Part shown: positions 1 through 13,520 of the stretch, piece after piece
How the letters are laid out: each line of letters starts with the position of its first letter
Position numbering within the stretch: the first letter of the stretch is position 1
Source: Octopus sinensis
Lineage: Eukaryota
Assembly (NCBI RefSeq): GCF_006345805.1
Contig: NC_043009.1
Coordinates: 53,072,001 to 53,136,000, forward strand
Length of the DNA: 64,000 bases
Reading direction: 5' to 3'
The notes under the pieces: generated by a model
Seen by the model: the letters and a program-made list of their open reading frames with translations, nothing else
Database searches by the model: none
What the model was told of the DNA's origin: nothing
Translations under genes and position numbers: made by a program

Positions 1-52
1 AGCGGCCGTGGTGGAATTTTGTTTCTCCTTTTCGGAGGACCTATCTTTTGTT

Positions 53-1055
53 TTAATATTCCTGGCCCAGGGTGTTTAAACTTGGTCTAAATTTTTTTAT
101 GAAATACAGTTCTTTATTTTGGCGTTGCGTGAAGGTTGCGTTGTCACTGAATTTATAGAGCGGGTAAGTTGTAAATTTCGGATTTACATTTCCAGCACAT
201 CTATCTATGTGTCCGCTGACCGGTATTTTCCGGTAATCAGGGTTTCTAATTTGTGATTTATGCACCGCCATCCTGTTACGTAAGCTATTTTTTGTATGGC
301 CTATATACTGCCTATTGCAGCCTGCGCATGTTATGACGTAAATTAAGTTTTTTGATGCGCAGGTGAAGTTTGCTCTAATGGTGAACTGGTGGCCTTGTTC
401 CAGTATAAATTCTGATCCTTCTATCAAGATGACGCAGATTCCGCAGTTGGGCCTCCCACATTTTCTAACTGCTGGTTTTGTGGTTGATGTTGAGTGCAGT
501 TTAGCTTGGGTTAAAATCCTTTTCAAGGATTTTGGTTGCCGTTTACTTTTAATGATGGTGTGTGTTTCGAGGATCCGGTTCATCTTTGGGTCTCCCTTTA
601 GTAGGGCTGTGCTTTGTAGTATGGTGCTGAAGGCCTCATTGTTGAGTGGGTTGTGTGTAGAGATGTAGGGAAGGGTTTTTAATTGTTCTTTCTTTTTTGG
701 TTTTGTTTGTCTCAGGTCTTCTACACTTAATTTGAGTGCCCTTTGGATTGCACTGTCTATTAGGGGCTGTGGATAGTTTCTATTTGTGAGTGTTGTTTTA
801 AGTTCCTGGAGACGTGTGTGTCGGGTGTTTGTGTCTGATATTATGGTGCAGATCCTTCTAGCTAAACAAAAAGGGACATTTATTCTTGTGTGTCGTGGGT
901 GGCATGAATTAAAGGGTAGGTATTGTTTGGAGTCTGTCGGTTTATAGTAGATATCTGTCTCTATTTTTTTGCCGGTTTTCTTAATGAGGAGTCTAAAAAT
1001 GGCAATTCTCTTTCGTTGTGATCCATCGTGAATTGTATATTGTCATTTATTGTCA
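53..1055 (-). mobile_element. Penelope-like element fragment: RT C-terminal part plus GIY-YIG endonuclease, 5'-truncated at a (TA)n tract; 3' UTR runs off the left edge
   Basis: ORF 53..583 has a CxxxxCxxC linker and LIYVITCAGCNRQYIGHT (GIY-YIG-like). Upstream ORF end [17 protein letters not shown] resembles the PLE RT motif 7 region. Confidence 0.85.
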
Positions 1056-1060
1056 TATAT

Positions 1061-1154
<94 letters not shown>

Positions 1155-1164
1155 AAAATATATG

Positions 1165-1383
1165 TATGTATGTGTATGCATATTTTTGCGTGTCTGTGTT
1201 TGTCCCCCACATCGCTTGACAACCGATGCTGGAGTGTTTACGTCCCCGTAACTTAGTGGTTCTGCAAAAGAACCGATAGAATAGGTACTAGGCTTACAAA
1301 GAATAAGTCCTGGGGTCGATTTGCTCGACTAAAGGTGGTGCTCCAGTATGGCCACAGTCAAATGACTGAAACAAGTAAAAGAG
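1165..1383 (+). mobile_element. SINE family B, 3' half
   Basis: Matches the 3' part of the copies at 18823, 44173 and 61059 (ttgacaaccgatgctgg...gactgaaacaagtaaaagag). Confidence 0.8.
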
Positions 1384-1415
<32 letters not shown>

Positions 1416-1442
1416 TTTTTATATAAAAATATATATATAAAG

Positions 1443-1524
<82 letters not shown>

Positions 1525-1557
1525 GTATAAATAAATATATAAATATATATATATATA

Positions 1558-2805
1558 TCGGGTTGGCAACTAAGTTCCTGCCGTTTTTTAAAATTTAAAT
1601 CTTTTAAAAGGCTTAATAAAAAATAACAACTAATTAATCAACAATGTATTCACCCTTGTTGTTTACAACTTCTTCCTAACGTTCAACAGAATGTTCAGTA
1701 CCTCGTTGGTAGAAATCACCCAATTTCATCTCGTAAAATTGATCTAGCTCTCAATTCTGCGTCAGTATTGAACGAAACTCAGCGCATAGAACGAAAGAGG
1801 TGGAAATCCGTTGGTGCCAAATTAGGAGAGTACGTCGGGTGTTGCAGCACTTCCCAACCATGCGTTTGAGTGGCTTCTTTGGTCATATTGGTGATATGAG
1901 GGCGGGCGTTGTCGTACAGCAGAAGAACTCCATGCTGCCGATTAGGTCTTTTCTCTTGAATAGCCGTGTTGAGTCCTTCCATCTGTTGAACATAGAGTTC
2001 CGCGTTGACCGTTTGGTTCCGCTCAAGCAATTCGTAATGGATGATTCCTTCCCAGTCCCATCATACACACAACATAGTTTTACGCAGATTAAGAACTTGT
2101 TTCATGCGCGGTGTCTCTTGTTTACCGGAGCTAGGCCATTCCTTACGCTGCTTCATATTGATGTACAGGCACCATTTTCGTCGTCAGTAACGATTCGGTA
2201 AAGAAATTGTTGTTTGGGTCCATGAGTTGAGCGGTGACGAGCAAGGAAACCAGCGGAGATTGTGGCTCGTTGATTTTTGTTGTTGTAACTTAAAGCATAC
2301 AGAACCCATGCTCCATTCTTCTGAACCTTTCCCATCAAGTGAAGATGCTTCTCTATAGCAGTGTGGGAGCATTCTATATTCTCTGCCAGTGCCCTTATCG
2401 TTTGATGAGAATTTTCGTGCAAAATTTGGTTTAATCGCTCTTCAACAAATTCAACTGGACGGCCAGAACAAGGTGCGTCTTTGAGATCAACATTTTCATA
2501 TTTGAACTTCGCATACCAATCACGAGCGGTTCTTTCAGCTATGGCACCCTCTCCATACACAGCACACATGTCGCGAGCAGCTGTTGCGGCCTTATAACTT
2601 TGATTAAAAGCAAAAGGTGTCGAAAATGCTAGTTTTTCTTCACTTGACATTCCATTTTAATGATCTGAAAATAAAAATTAACTAGAATTAACTAGAAAAA
2701 AAAGCAAAAAATCAAATAGATTCCAAAATGATTCAAAAATAGAATTCTCGAAAAAAAATAGATTCCAAAATTTAAAAAGGCGGCGGGAAGTTAGTTACCA
2801 ACCAA
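1558..2805 (-). mobile_element. Mariner transposon, near full length, frameshifted transposase
   Basis: Imperfect TIRs (ggttggcaactaagttcc / ggaagttagttaccaacc) flanked by TA. ORFs contain SGRP, IVTDDE, YDNARPH and HPTYSPNLAPTDFHLF. Confidence 0.9.
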
Positions 2806-2833
2806 TATAAATACATATGTATAAATAAACATA

Positions 2834-2868
<35 letters not shown>

Positions 2869-2947
2869 TAATAGACACACACATATATAGATAAATATAT
2901 CTAAAAATATAAATATGTATATAAATATATATATACATATAAATATG

Positions 2948-3028
<81 letters not shown>

Positions 3029-3076
3029 ATATATATTTATATATATATTTACACACATATATTTATATATATATAT

Positions 3077-3108
<32 letters not shown>

Positions 3109-3134
3109 ACACACATATATTTATATATATATAT

Positions 3135-3193
<59 letters not shown>

Positions 3194-3315
3194 TATATAT
3201 AATATATATATAAAATATATGTGTGTAAATATATATATAAATATATATATATATATAAGATATATATGTGTAAATATATATATAAATATATATATAAAAT
3301 ATATATAAAATATAT

Positions 3316-3367
<52 letters not shown>

Positions 3368-3380
3368 ATATGTATAAATA
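2806..3380. repeat. Degenerate (TA)n microsatellite
   Basis: Seen directly in the sequence. Confidence 0.95.
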
Positions 3381-4142
3381 TGTGACAATTATTTAGTAGA
3401 CATGATGAAACTCCGAGTTTCGAATGTTGGGGCGGAAATCCACGCCGGCATCTCATCAGTTATCGGGTCATCGAGCAAAATGCTATGAAAATGACCGTTA
3501 AACAAAAGGAAATTACTGTGTGAAAAACCGTTAAGACAAAAGAGCTATTAGAATAACCGCTAATTAAGGGGAGGGAGTAAAGGTAAGAGAGTAAAAATAT
3601 TCATAGTAATCGCGTAAGCGCGCATGTCCATACATACACATGCGCGCCCGCACACCCACGTACATGTACCTATATGTATATACTCATTCACCCTCACTTG
3701 AAGCACACACATGCACACATGCACAATGCTCACCCACACATTCACCAAAAAATGTATACGTATCCGCATACACGCTCGCACGCACACACGCGCGCACGCA
3801 CACACGCGCGCACAAAAAGGTTCATACACACATCTATACATGCACATGCACAAGAAAAAACAGGGCTAAAGGCAAAAATGCAGAAAAGAGTGTAAAAAAT
3901 AAGCAATAAGTGTAAAACACGTCTATATCCGCATATACTCGCATGCACGCACACACGTCTATATACACACAAACTCACGCACGTCTATATACGCACATGT
4001 ACATACGCATGCATACACACACACAGACACGTCTACACACTTACCTAAATACTCATATACATACATAAATACATACGTACATACATATATAAATACATAC
4101 GCACATACATGTATGCATGCATACATATGTACATACATGCAT

Positions 4143-5080
4143 GCATGGAATTAAACGTTCCAAGAAATTAGATATAAAGACACTAAGGACAACAGAACAT
4201 AACACCACACCTCATCTCAAAACACTCTTTCTACCAGACACTATTGTACAAATCCTTTTTGCCAATGAGGCATGCAATTCTTCCTTTACTATCTTGAAAC
4301 CCAAAGATGAACAACATCCTGAAAGCACATAAATTCATCAAATGCAAAAAGCAACACAAATCGCTAAAGAGACTTCTAACAAATGCAAAGCTTTACACAA
4401 CAACCACGAAACCAACGGTTAAAATATGTGGACGCCCAAACCGTGAAACATGCCCCAACCTACTTCAAGGCTCGGATTTCCTTTCCATACAAGGAGAGGG
4501 GTTCACAATTAAAAGCAACTTCACTTGTGCCTCTGAGAATCTAATTTATGTAATAACCTGCTCGGGTTGTGGACATAACTATATAGGACAGACGAGTATG
4601 GCATTGAGACGGAGAACCCATCTGCATAAAGAGCAGATCCTTTAAGTGAACACATAGAGAGATGTGCAGGTAACAATTTCAAATTTTTTCCCTTCTACCT
4701 GTGCAAAGTTACCATCTCTATACAAAAGCGTTTAAATAAAGTAAAACTTATCGAAAAATACAGAGCACGTCTAAAAATGCACGCATAACCAACGTTGATC
4801 TTTATACACATTTTAATTCACGATTGTATACCCATCACTGTACATATTTTCCCCACTACTCTAGCTATATATATATTTTTCCTCCCCATCGAAAGATGAA
4901 AATTATCCCCCCTGTCCACAAGAATAACGATCACCAATTATTTTCCCTTAGATTTTTCTACTTGTTGAATCATTTATTCATAAATACAACATACAACAAG
5001 GACAAAAAATTTTTCTTAAGAAATTCATAATTAAAATAATTTTAACGCCATGATTAGCGAAAGCGAAACCGGTCGACAGA
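4143..5080 (+). mobile_element. Degenerate Penelope-like fragment (GIY-YIG region and 3' UTR)
   Basis: ORF 4307..4645 (CGRPN...FTCASENLIYVITCSGCGHNYIGQT) is homologous to ORF 53..583. A hammerhead-like motif lies at 5049-5074. Confidence 0.8.
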
Positions 5081-5329
5081 CACAATATAAAATATATTAA
5101 AAAATATATTAGAACTATGTAAAGCGTGTGCATTTACCTTCTTTAATTTCTTATATATATCTATTATATAGCTGAATTTTCCTTATATTAATACATACAC
5201 AGAGACATATGTATATTAAATGATTCTTTAGACACATGGAAATCACAATTGAAGGCAAAGTGCTCAATAATATCTGGAAGAATGTAGATACATGCTCGTT
5301 TAAATGATATCTGATACATGGCTAGTTAT

Positions 5330-5720
5330 ACAAGGTGCATTAAGTTAGTCTTCAGACTTTGTTAATTACAAAGAAGTACAAAACTGTAATCCCCTTCAAA
5401 GTAAGATCATCTGACCTCAGTGCTCTAGAAGTACTCCACCCACTTCGTTAAGGATCCATAGAATTCCTCCAAAGTGAAGATGTCGAGGGCCCGTGTCACA
5501 ACCTCCTTCATCTTCAAAACGACTGACACCGAGGTTCGCGTTCAGCTTGGTAAATAAACAAAAGTCGCAGGGAACAAGGTATAGATTGTAGGTAAGGTGA
5601 GGAATAATTTTGATGCCCATTTCTGTCGAGTAGTTGGCTACCAGGATGTCCAGCACTGAAATACTGAGAACAAACTTCGAACAAATTTTGAGTATGTTCA
5701 GATCTTCATGTTCAGCTCTT
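5330..5720 (-). mobile_element. Mariner transposase C-terminal relic
   Basis: IPHLTYNLYLVPCDFCLFTKL resembles the HPPYSPDLAPxDFxLF motif. Confidence 0.5.
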
Positions 5721-5954
5721 TAGCACAGAGTTGCCACACCAACTCCAGGCTGAATGCTTATAGTCTTGATAGACACAGGATGTTCTTCATCCAGAAAAAT
5801 TGCAAATCTCCTCCATCATATCTGATGTTCTGAAATCCCTCTTCCTCCCACACCACTTATTGTCTCTCACCTCCTCTCTACCGCGATCGATCCTCTTATA
5901 CAAACAAAATGTTAATCTATAAGGAGGCTTGAGCACTTCATAAGTTTATTTTTA

Positions 5955-6303
5955 TAAGGTAGCGAGCTGGCAGAATCGTTAGCACGCCGAGCGAAATGCT
6001 TAGCGGTATTACGTCTGCCGCTACGTTCTGAGTTCAAATTCCAGCGAGGTCGACTTTGCCTTACATCCTTTCGGGGTCGATTAAATAAGTACCTATTTCT
6101 TTACTACCCACAAGGGGCTAAACACAGAAGGGACAAACAAGGACAGACAAACGGATTAAGTCGATCATATCGACCCCAGTGCGTAACTGGTACTTATTTA
6201 ATCGACCAGTTACTCACTGGGGTTGATATAATCGACTTAATCCGTTTGTCTGTCCTTGTTTGTCCCCTCTCTGTGTAGCCCCTTGTTGGCAGTAAAGAAA
6301 TAA
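5955..6303 (+). mobile_element. tRNA-derived SINE family A with an inverted extra tail segment
   Basis: Head gcgagctggcagaatcgttagcacg and B-box-like gagttcaaattcc; the body switches orientation near 6095 and 6205. Confidence 0.75.
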
Positions 6304-6779
6304 GTTTCTTTTGCATTTTTCTCAGTGCAACGCAAAACCTTACTGCATAGCCAGTTTCCAAACGTCCCAAAAGCAAACTAATCACTGTAAACTAGTCAGA
6401 TGTGATATGCAGTGCTTAGTAAGGTGTGTTCAAGGTGCTGTTGGAGCTGTTACCTCCAGTCTGGAGTAACAGCATTTGGTAGGTCAGCTTATTATATGTG
6501 TAGTTATGATATATTTAAATTACAATAAAGTCTGGAATGCACATCGTACCTCTTTCGAATCTCGAAATAATTTCCTTTCATTCTGCACTGAAAAGTTTCC
6601 GACGCAACTCCCCAACACTACAACTAATTCATCCCCACTCCACCGTCTTATTTCCCCTTCCTTCACTTTTCCTTTTTTTATTCTATCCATCTAAAAGTCA
6701 ACTTATTCCTTCACTATCCTTCTTTTATTTCCCCCTTGCCCTTCTTTTCCCCTTGCCCCTCTGATATACATCAGAGATT

Positions 6780-7890
6780 CAGCAACACCAACAAGCATGC
6801 ATGAATGGAAATAGAGCACTCAAACATGTCTGGAACTCTTTCTCTGCTGGATTTCCAAGTCATGATCGCAGAGAAGGGCTCCATCTATACTATCTTTCTA
6901 ATGAAAATAGCCAGTAGGAACCTATTCAAGCACTACGAATCAGCCCTGCTCACCAGAGCCCAATCCGTATGCGTACAAAATGAAACCACACGCATAAGCA
7001 GCGATGCAGTGACACAGCTGGCAAAACTTCCAACACCAAACTGTCCCTCAAGAACTTAATACATAGCGTAGCGTCTGCCCCCCCTCCTCCATCAGCTTTA
7101 ACCAAACGACCGCTTCTAAAAATTACCAAAGTGAGTAAACCACATAAAGGTCCATGATATCAATTCTGAAATGTATTTTCTTAAACTTCCTTATTTTGGC
7201 GGCATATACGAACAGAGCCCTGGTCTGCTGATGGGATCTAACCCCTCAGCACTGATGGTCAACACACACATGGACTAGCTGGAGACACCTGCACTCATGC
7301 GTCTTTTTCTCGGTATACGTTGATGATATTCTGAAGCCCCAGAAGGAAGAAATCGGCTATACAATATGCGATCGGCAGGGAAAGCTTCAATATACAGGAG
7401 CACAGAAGCCCATTCCTGAGAAGGTTTCTGTCTAGGAATAATACCATAGATAATATTAACCAATTGCCCCAACAATAACTTCAAAACTTGCTCGAGGGCC
7501 TATGTGGTATACGAAGTATTCTGAAATACATGTGGGGCATTCTACATTGACAGCACACTCGAATAAAAGAAAATATACGGACAGACACGTCAATCGCAAT
7601 ACACCAAATGATGTGCCAGACCCAGGATTTCAATGTCTCCACCACAGCCACTCAACGCAGCAGAAGCAGTCTAAAAATTATGGAGGCCCTCATTTTCAAC
7701 GAACTGAGACCAGCCATAAAACGGGAAGGTACTGCACGAAGCAGACTAGTTACCATAGCACACCAGTCAGTGCATGTTAACTTCCTCCCGTCTTCTTTCA
7801 CTCTCCTTCATCTCCAGGCGTCTGATCAACGATCTTTCCATCCCTGTTCTGAAGAAGTGGTTATAAGCTCTGAATATAGAAATATAAGAT
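6780..7890 (+). mobile_element. Highly degenerate Penelope-like fragment
   Basis: Residual LSLLDF motif and C-terminal KIMEALIFNELRPAIKRE, typical of the PLE endonuclease end. Confidence 0.55.
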
Positions 7891-8087
7891 AAAACTATAA
7901 CTTTGTTTTTTTTATGTTTCTTTTTGTAGTTTAGTTTATATCTTCTGGCATTGTTCCAGCGTTACTCAACAAATTGCTGTATATGTATGTATGGTTGAAA
8001 TTTACAGAAAAACAAAAGACGGAGGCAGGTGTATAAACAAGTATGTATGTACGTATATACATATAATTACACATGTGTGTATGTATG

Positions 8088-8228
<141 letters not shown>

Positions 8229-8694
8229 ATAGGATTAGCTCGTATACGAGTAGGTATATATTTGTAAAAAAATGAAGTTCGAAACTGCTGCTATATTATA
8301 CAAATTTTTAATTTTTATATATACATTATAACATGTTTCGGTTCTTGAAATGAACCTTATCAAAAAAAGTTATATATAAAAAAAGATAGTTCATGCTATC
8401 AAATATAAAAAATTCATTTATAATACACAATAGAGTCAGACATCAAAAATTTCATATATAGTGTGAAGTGAGTTCGTTCATGTTATATGTTTAAAGTGTC
8501 TGATGCAGTGGTTCATAGTGGTGATATGCATACAATATAAAAAATAGATCAAAGTGGTGATATGCAGTCAATATAAAAAATTGATGTTCCTGAAAGAGCG
8601 AGGAATTCATTTTAGATTTCACCTTTGAGCAACTGTGATGACTTATGGTCGGTGTTCGCTGGATGATTCTGGCAAACCTTGTGAATTGTTCGGG

Positions 8695-9445
8695 TTTTAT
8701 AACACCTGTTAGGTGGTCAGTCCAGCGTAACGTGACGTCATCAACGTTTTGACCAATCGTTTCGTTAGGTGGCTTAGTCAAGCAGAACGGGACGTCATCA
8801 ACATTCTGACCAATCGCGACCTATAGCTGTATTAGAACTGCCTCTTGTCTGTATCCTGTTTTGACCAATCGTTTCGTTAGGTGGCTTAGTCAAGCAGAAC
8901 GGGACGTCATCAACGTTTTGACCAATCGTTTCGTTAGTGGCTTAGTCAAGCAGAACGGGACGTCATCAACATTCTGACCAATCGCGACCTATAGCTGTAT
9001 TAGAACTGCCTCTTGTCTGTATCCTGTTTTGACCAATCGTTTCGTTAGGTGGCTTAGTCAAGCAGAACGGGACGTCATCAACGTTTTGACAAATCGTTTC
9101 GTTAGGTGGCTTAGTCAAGTAGAACGGGACGTCATCAACATTCTGACCAATCGCGACCTATAGTTGTATTAGAACTGCCTCTTGTCTGTATCCTGTTTTG
9201 ACCAATCGTTTCGTTAGGTGGCTTAGTCAAGCAGAACGGGACGTCATCAAAATTCTGACCAATCACGACCTATAGCTGTATTAGATCTGCCCCTTGTCTG
9301 TTTCCTGTTGGGTGACTAGTCAAGCAGAAAGGGACGTCATCAATATTCTGACTAGTCCTGGCCTATAGTTGTATTAGATCTGCCCCTTGTCTGTATCCTG
9401 TCCAGTCTAGCAGAACTAGACGTCATTAACGTGTTGACCAATCAG
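8695..9445 (-). promoter_or_regulatory. Putative Pol II enhancer/promoter: about 9 GACGTCA (CRE-like) and about 10 GACCAATC (CCAAT) motifs followed by TATAAAA
   Basis: Motifs counted in the array. TATAAAA on the minus strand at 8695-8701. Function is inferred. Confidence 0.5.
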
Positions 9446-9470
9446 AATCGGGTCTGACCCTTAGCTGTAT
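8703..9470. repeat. Higher-order tandem array of 57-bp (A) and 55-bp (B) units, pattern AAB AAB AAB then degenerate
   Basis: gacc/gacaaatc anchors at 8751, 8808, 8863, 8920, 8976, 9031, 9088, 9145, 9200 and 9257. Confidence 0.95.
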
Positions 9471-9816
9471 CGTATGTGGCCAGTCCATCAGGGTTAGATT
9501 TGTTCGAAGAGATCTTTTTATAAATTTTTTTCCTTTTTTTTTTCCTAAGGCATATTTCCGTCAGTGTGAGTGAATTTTGCTTCTCCTTTTCGGAGGACCT
9601 ATCTTTTGTTTTAATATTCCTGGCCCAGGGTGTTTAAACTTGGTCTAATATTTTTTATGAAATACAGTTCTTTATTTTGGCGTTGCGTGAAGGTTGCGTT
9701 GTCACTGAATTTATAGAGCGGGTAAGTTGTAAATTTCGGATTTACATTTCCAGCACATCTATCTATGTGTCCGCTGACCGGTATTTTCCGGTAATCAGGG
9801 TTTCTAATTTGTGATT

Positions 9817-9937
<121 letters not shown>

Positions 9938-10494
9938 GACATAGATAGATTGAAACGTGCATGCACACATTTGTTTAAGTATGCACTTCCAGAAAAAGCT
10001 TTCGTCAATACTATACACTTGTGGTAAGTGAACTCATCCCGGATAAAAAATATCAAGTGCTTTAGGATAATTTGTGGTAGCTTTTATGCCATGATTCACT
10101 GTTTTACCAGTCATTTTAACGCTGTGCAAAGTGAAGCGACCAACCTGTCAAAGTGGCATTTATTGCTCTTTTCACCTCTTGCAAATCGTCATATACACCA
10201 TTAGCTTTTGGTTGAATGAACATCGTAGTTGTCATATTCTCACAATAAACATTGCAATAGGGTTTAAATTTTTTGCCTTTGTCAGACCTTTGTATAGAAC
10301 AACAATTTTAAGTTAAAATAGTATTGCGTCTTCTTTCTTTTTCATTACTACATGATGTCAAAAAGGCTGAAGGTATGCCATGCGATAAGAAGTACTGTAA
10401 TTTAGTAGCTAGATCCGAGTCAGTTAAGTTGTTGCGGCCACAAACAACGTGGTCTGGTAGTTGAAAACAATTACATAGATGTACAGAGTAAGAG

Positions 10495-10825
10495 GAAGAA
10501 GAAGGTAAGAAGAGGGAGACCGTAAGAGGAGGGAGAAGGTAAGAGAAGTGAGAGGGTAAGAGGAAGGAAAAGGTAAGAGGAGGGAGTGAGAAAATAAGAG
10601 GAGGGAGAGAGTAAGAAAATAAGAGGAGGGAGAGAGTAAGAAGAGGGAGAGCGTGAGTAAAGGGAGGGAGTAAGATGATTTAGAGCGCAGGAGGAGGGAA
10701 AGAGTAAGAGGAGTGATAGGTAGGAGAGGCAGAGGATTAGTAATAGGAGTGTAAGTGTAAGAAGAGTGAGAGGGTGAGTGGAGAGAGAGGATAAGGAAAG
10801 GAGGAGTTTAAAAGTAAGAGAGTGG
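10495..10825. repeat. Purine-rich low-complexity tract (gtaagagga-like units)
   Basis: Almost only G/A on the plus strand. Confidence 0.85.
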
Positions 10826-11598
10826 AGATGTGTATCCTAAGGCTTCCATTCATGCAAATAAAGGTATGGTCACTGATACTTTTTCAAGAAGAACGAAGGC
10901 TATGGACTGAGCCACTCCTTTCTAACTAAAATTGCTTTTGATACAGTCACATCTGACGGACCACCCAGTGCTGTGGACATAAGCACTCTTCGATATTTAC
11001 ACATGCCATTGATGTAATAAAATCTACAAAGGTTAGGATGAGCACAAGGGTTTCTTCTAAACTTCTAAAAAGACATTTCAAATTCTTGCAGATCGACGAA
11101 GGCTATAGAAACTGCAACATGTTCCGAACTTAGAAAACACCAAGTCGCAGCCACTCTTTCCAGAAATGCGAAAGCTATGGAGACAACAACTCCTTTCTGA
11201 ACAAACGATTAAACAGAAACCACGACAACAACAACAAAACAAAAACAACAACAAAAACAAACAAACAATAACTGTAATATTTATGACATTTATTTTCTTA
11301 TAACAAATCAGGATCTCTTTTGAGGAGAAGAATTACAGTATACTTTTGGTGGGCTGGGTAAGAATAAAAAGGATTGTAGGTGATTATATAAATCTAGTTA
11401 TTGATTAGTATGTTAAGGATTTTCGGAAATATTAAATGCAAAGTCTATTTAAAAGGCAAGCAAGCAATTTATCGAACTCAGCACATGATTATTACTTTAA
11501 TAATAATAATAATGATAGTAAATAGTTTCTGATTTAGGTACGAAACTATAAACTTTGTGGAAATGGGGTTAATCGATGAATAAGTAATTGAAATTTAT

Positions 11599-11800
11599 TT
11601 AGCTAACAATAAGAAGTAAGATGAGAAACACCAAGGAAAGGAAGGAGATATTTGGAAGTGGTTTTATACCAGATGAATCAATTTTGTTGATTGTTCTACA
11701 TGTGTTAGACATCATATCATAGCCGTATTCTTGAAGTACTTTAGTAAACTCTTCGGAGCACTTAAAGTCGGCCAGCTTTTCAATTCCCTCTTTCAAAAGT
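11599..11800 (-). CDS. Gene A terminal coding exon (LLKEGIEKLADFKC...SFLSLVFLILLLIVS*), hydrophobic tail
   Basis: Acceptor (t)n-gcag, phase 2, in frame with exon 16065-16227. Paralogous to 39733-39925. Confidence 0.8.
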
Positions 11801-12049
11801 CTGCAAAAAAAAAAAAAAATTAACATCTTGATGTACCAAATCTCGAAGTGATACAAAAAATAACGACAACAATATGTAATTAAGTACAACTTGAAACGAG
11901 AGACTGAGCAATGTATATTTAATGTTTAAAATACGCATTTCTATAAAAGAATTATAAAATTTTCAGTTTATTCTTCAGATATCACTTCTAGTTGTCAGTT
12001 CATTAAATATATCACAACATTGATATATTCTGTCAGATATTCAACAAAA

Positions 12050-12800
12050 CGTGTGGAATTCATTAGAAAGTACAGGTTGTGAGGAATGTTTGAAGACATA
12101 TTTGGTAAATTAATAACGCAACACGAGTCTGTCAAAAACGTAACTGTGTATTTTTTCGATAAACTTTTATAAGAATTTTCTATGAATCCATTTTCAGCTT
12201 CTATGTTTGCTTCAATGCGAGATAAGAATCATTGATTTGTCTGTAATAAATAGTTGATTGACAATGGTCGCTTTCAGTGAAGCTGTGGTATTGTAAAAAT
12301 GTCGAATTGTCTACCTTTCTACAGTACTCTAAATGTTGTGATCTCTGGGAATAAAATTTGACGAAACCGGAGGCTATAAGTTAGATGTTCCGTGATCGTA
12401 ATATTTTGACATCCATTCTTGCATTAGTACCTCAACAGAATGGCTTCTAAGACATTTCGCATAAAAGATGTATACGCTTATATTTACGTATTCCTGTACG
12501 CTTAGAAGTGCATTCGTCTTGGAGAAACTTTTCTTTTTATAAACTTTGCGTATAAGAATTCATCGAGTTGAGCTCTGAACGATGTTATCAGACAACCAGA
12601 AACACGATTCAGTATGAATGTACTTGCCCAGTGAAAAACACATTCAGTCGGGACTTCTGTTCGTAAATGTAAATTCCAAGATAAAACGTTGGTTCTCTAC
12701 ATGAAGTAAAGGAAGTCCCGACTGAGCTATGAATGACTGAAGAGCTCTTTGTCAATGAACAAGAACAATCACTTTAAAACTCTTGCTTGGTAGTTCGATG
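12050..12800 (+). mobile_element. Possible very degenerate Crypton/tyrosine-recombinase (DUF3504-like) relic
   Basis: My hand translation gives stop-ridden stretches (FDKLL*EF..FASMR..LIDNGRFQ*SC..VISGNKI..CPVK) that loosely recall this family. Weak support. Confidence 0.25.
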
Positions 12801-12997
12801 GAATCGTTGTGAGTCCTGTCCGATGGGCTCTTATAAAGAAAGTCTATAAAGAGAAAATTCTTCACGACGAAAGCAGCAAAAGGTCATTGCACATTGAAGA
12901 ATGTTAAATATATATAAATATATATAAGAGAATATGTTAGATATATATAAATATATATAAGAGAATATGTTAGATATATATAAATATATATATAAGA

Positions 12998-13230
12998 AGG
13001 CGGCGAGCTGGCAGAAACGTTAGCACACCGGGCGGAATGCTTAGCGGTATTTCGTCTGTCTTTACGTTCTGTGCTCAAATTCCGCCGAGGTCGACTTTGC
13101 CTTTCATCTTTTCGGGGGCGATAATTTAAGTACCAGTTACGCACTGGCGCCGATGTAATCGACTTAATCTCTTTGTCTGTCCTTGTTTGTCCCCTCTATG
13201 TTTAGCCCCTTGTGGGCAATAAAGAAATAA
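12998..13230 (+). mobile_element. tRNA-derived SINE family A
   Basis: Full head aaggcggcgagctggcagaaacgttagcac and tail gggcaataaagaaata. Confidence 0.85.
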
Positions 13231-13299
13231 GAGCATGTTAAATATAGATGTACACGTCTTTATGTAAAGGGTCTTAGGAGTTGATATTAAGAAAAAACG

Positions 13300-13520
13300 T
13301 ATATGTAAATAATAGAAATCCTAAATCAAGGAATGTTATTTGCTGTAGTGCACCATTCGCATCTTACATAACTTCTAATATTCATGAGAGTTTCTTTGCT
13401 GCACTGGATAGATATTTCCCATCTTCAAGTAAGTATGGTAAATTGTTTAACCATCATGGCGTAAAATTTTGCATTCAGCCTCCAAAGACATGGCTGATAT
13501 TATAACAGCACATAACAAAA
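13300..13520 (+). mobile_element. Penelope-like fragment (RT-endonuclease linker)
   Basis: RNVICCSAPF..NIHESFFAALDRYFP..KLFNHHGVKF resembles the PLE RNIIWFNPPF..KHFP..KIFN..VK pattern. Confidence 0.45.

Noticed and set aside
8703-9470. CRISPR-like appearance of the regular array
   Set aside because: The units are contiguous repeats with no unique spacers, there are no cas genes, and the context is eukaryotic.
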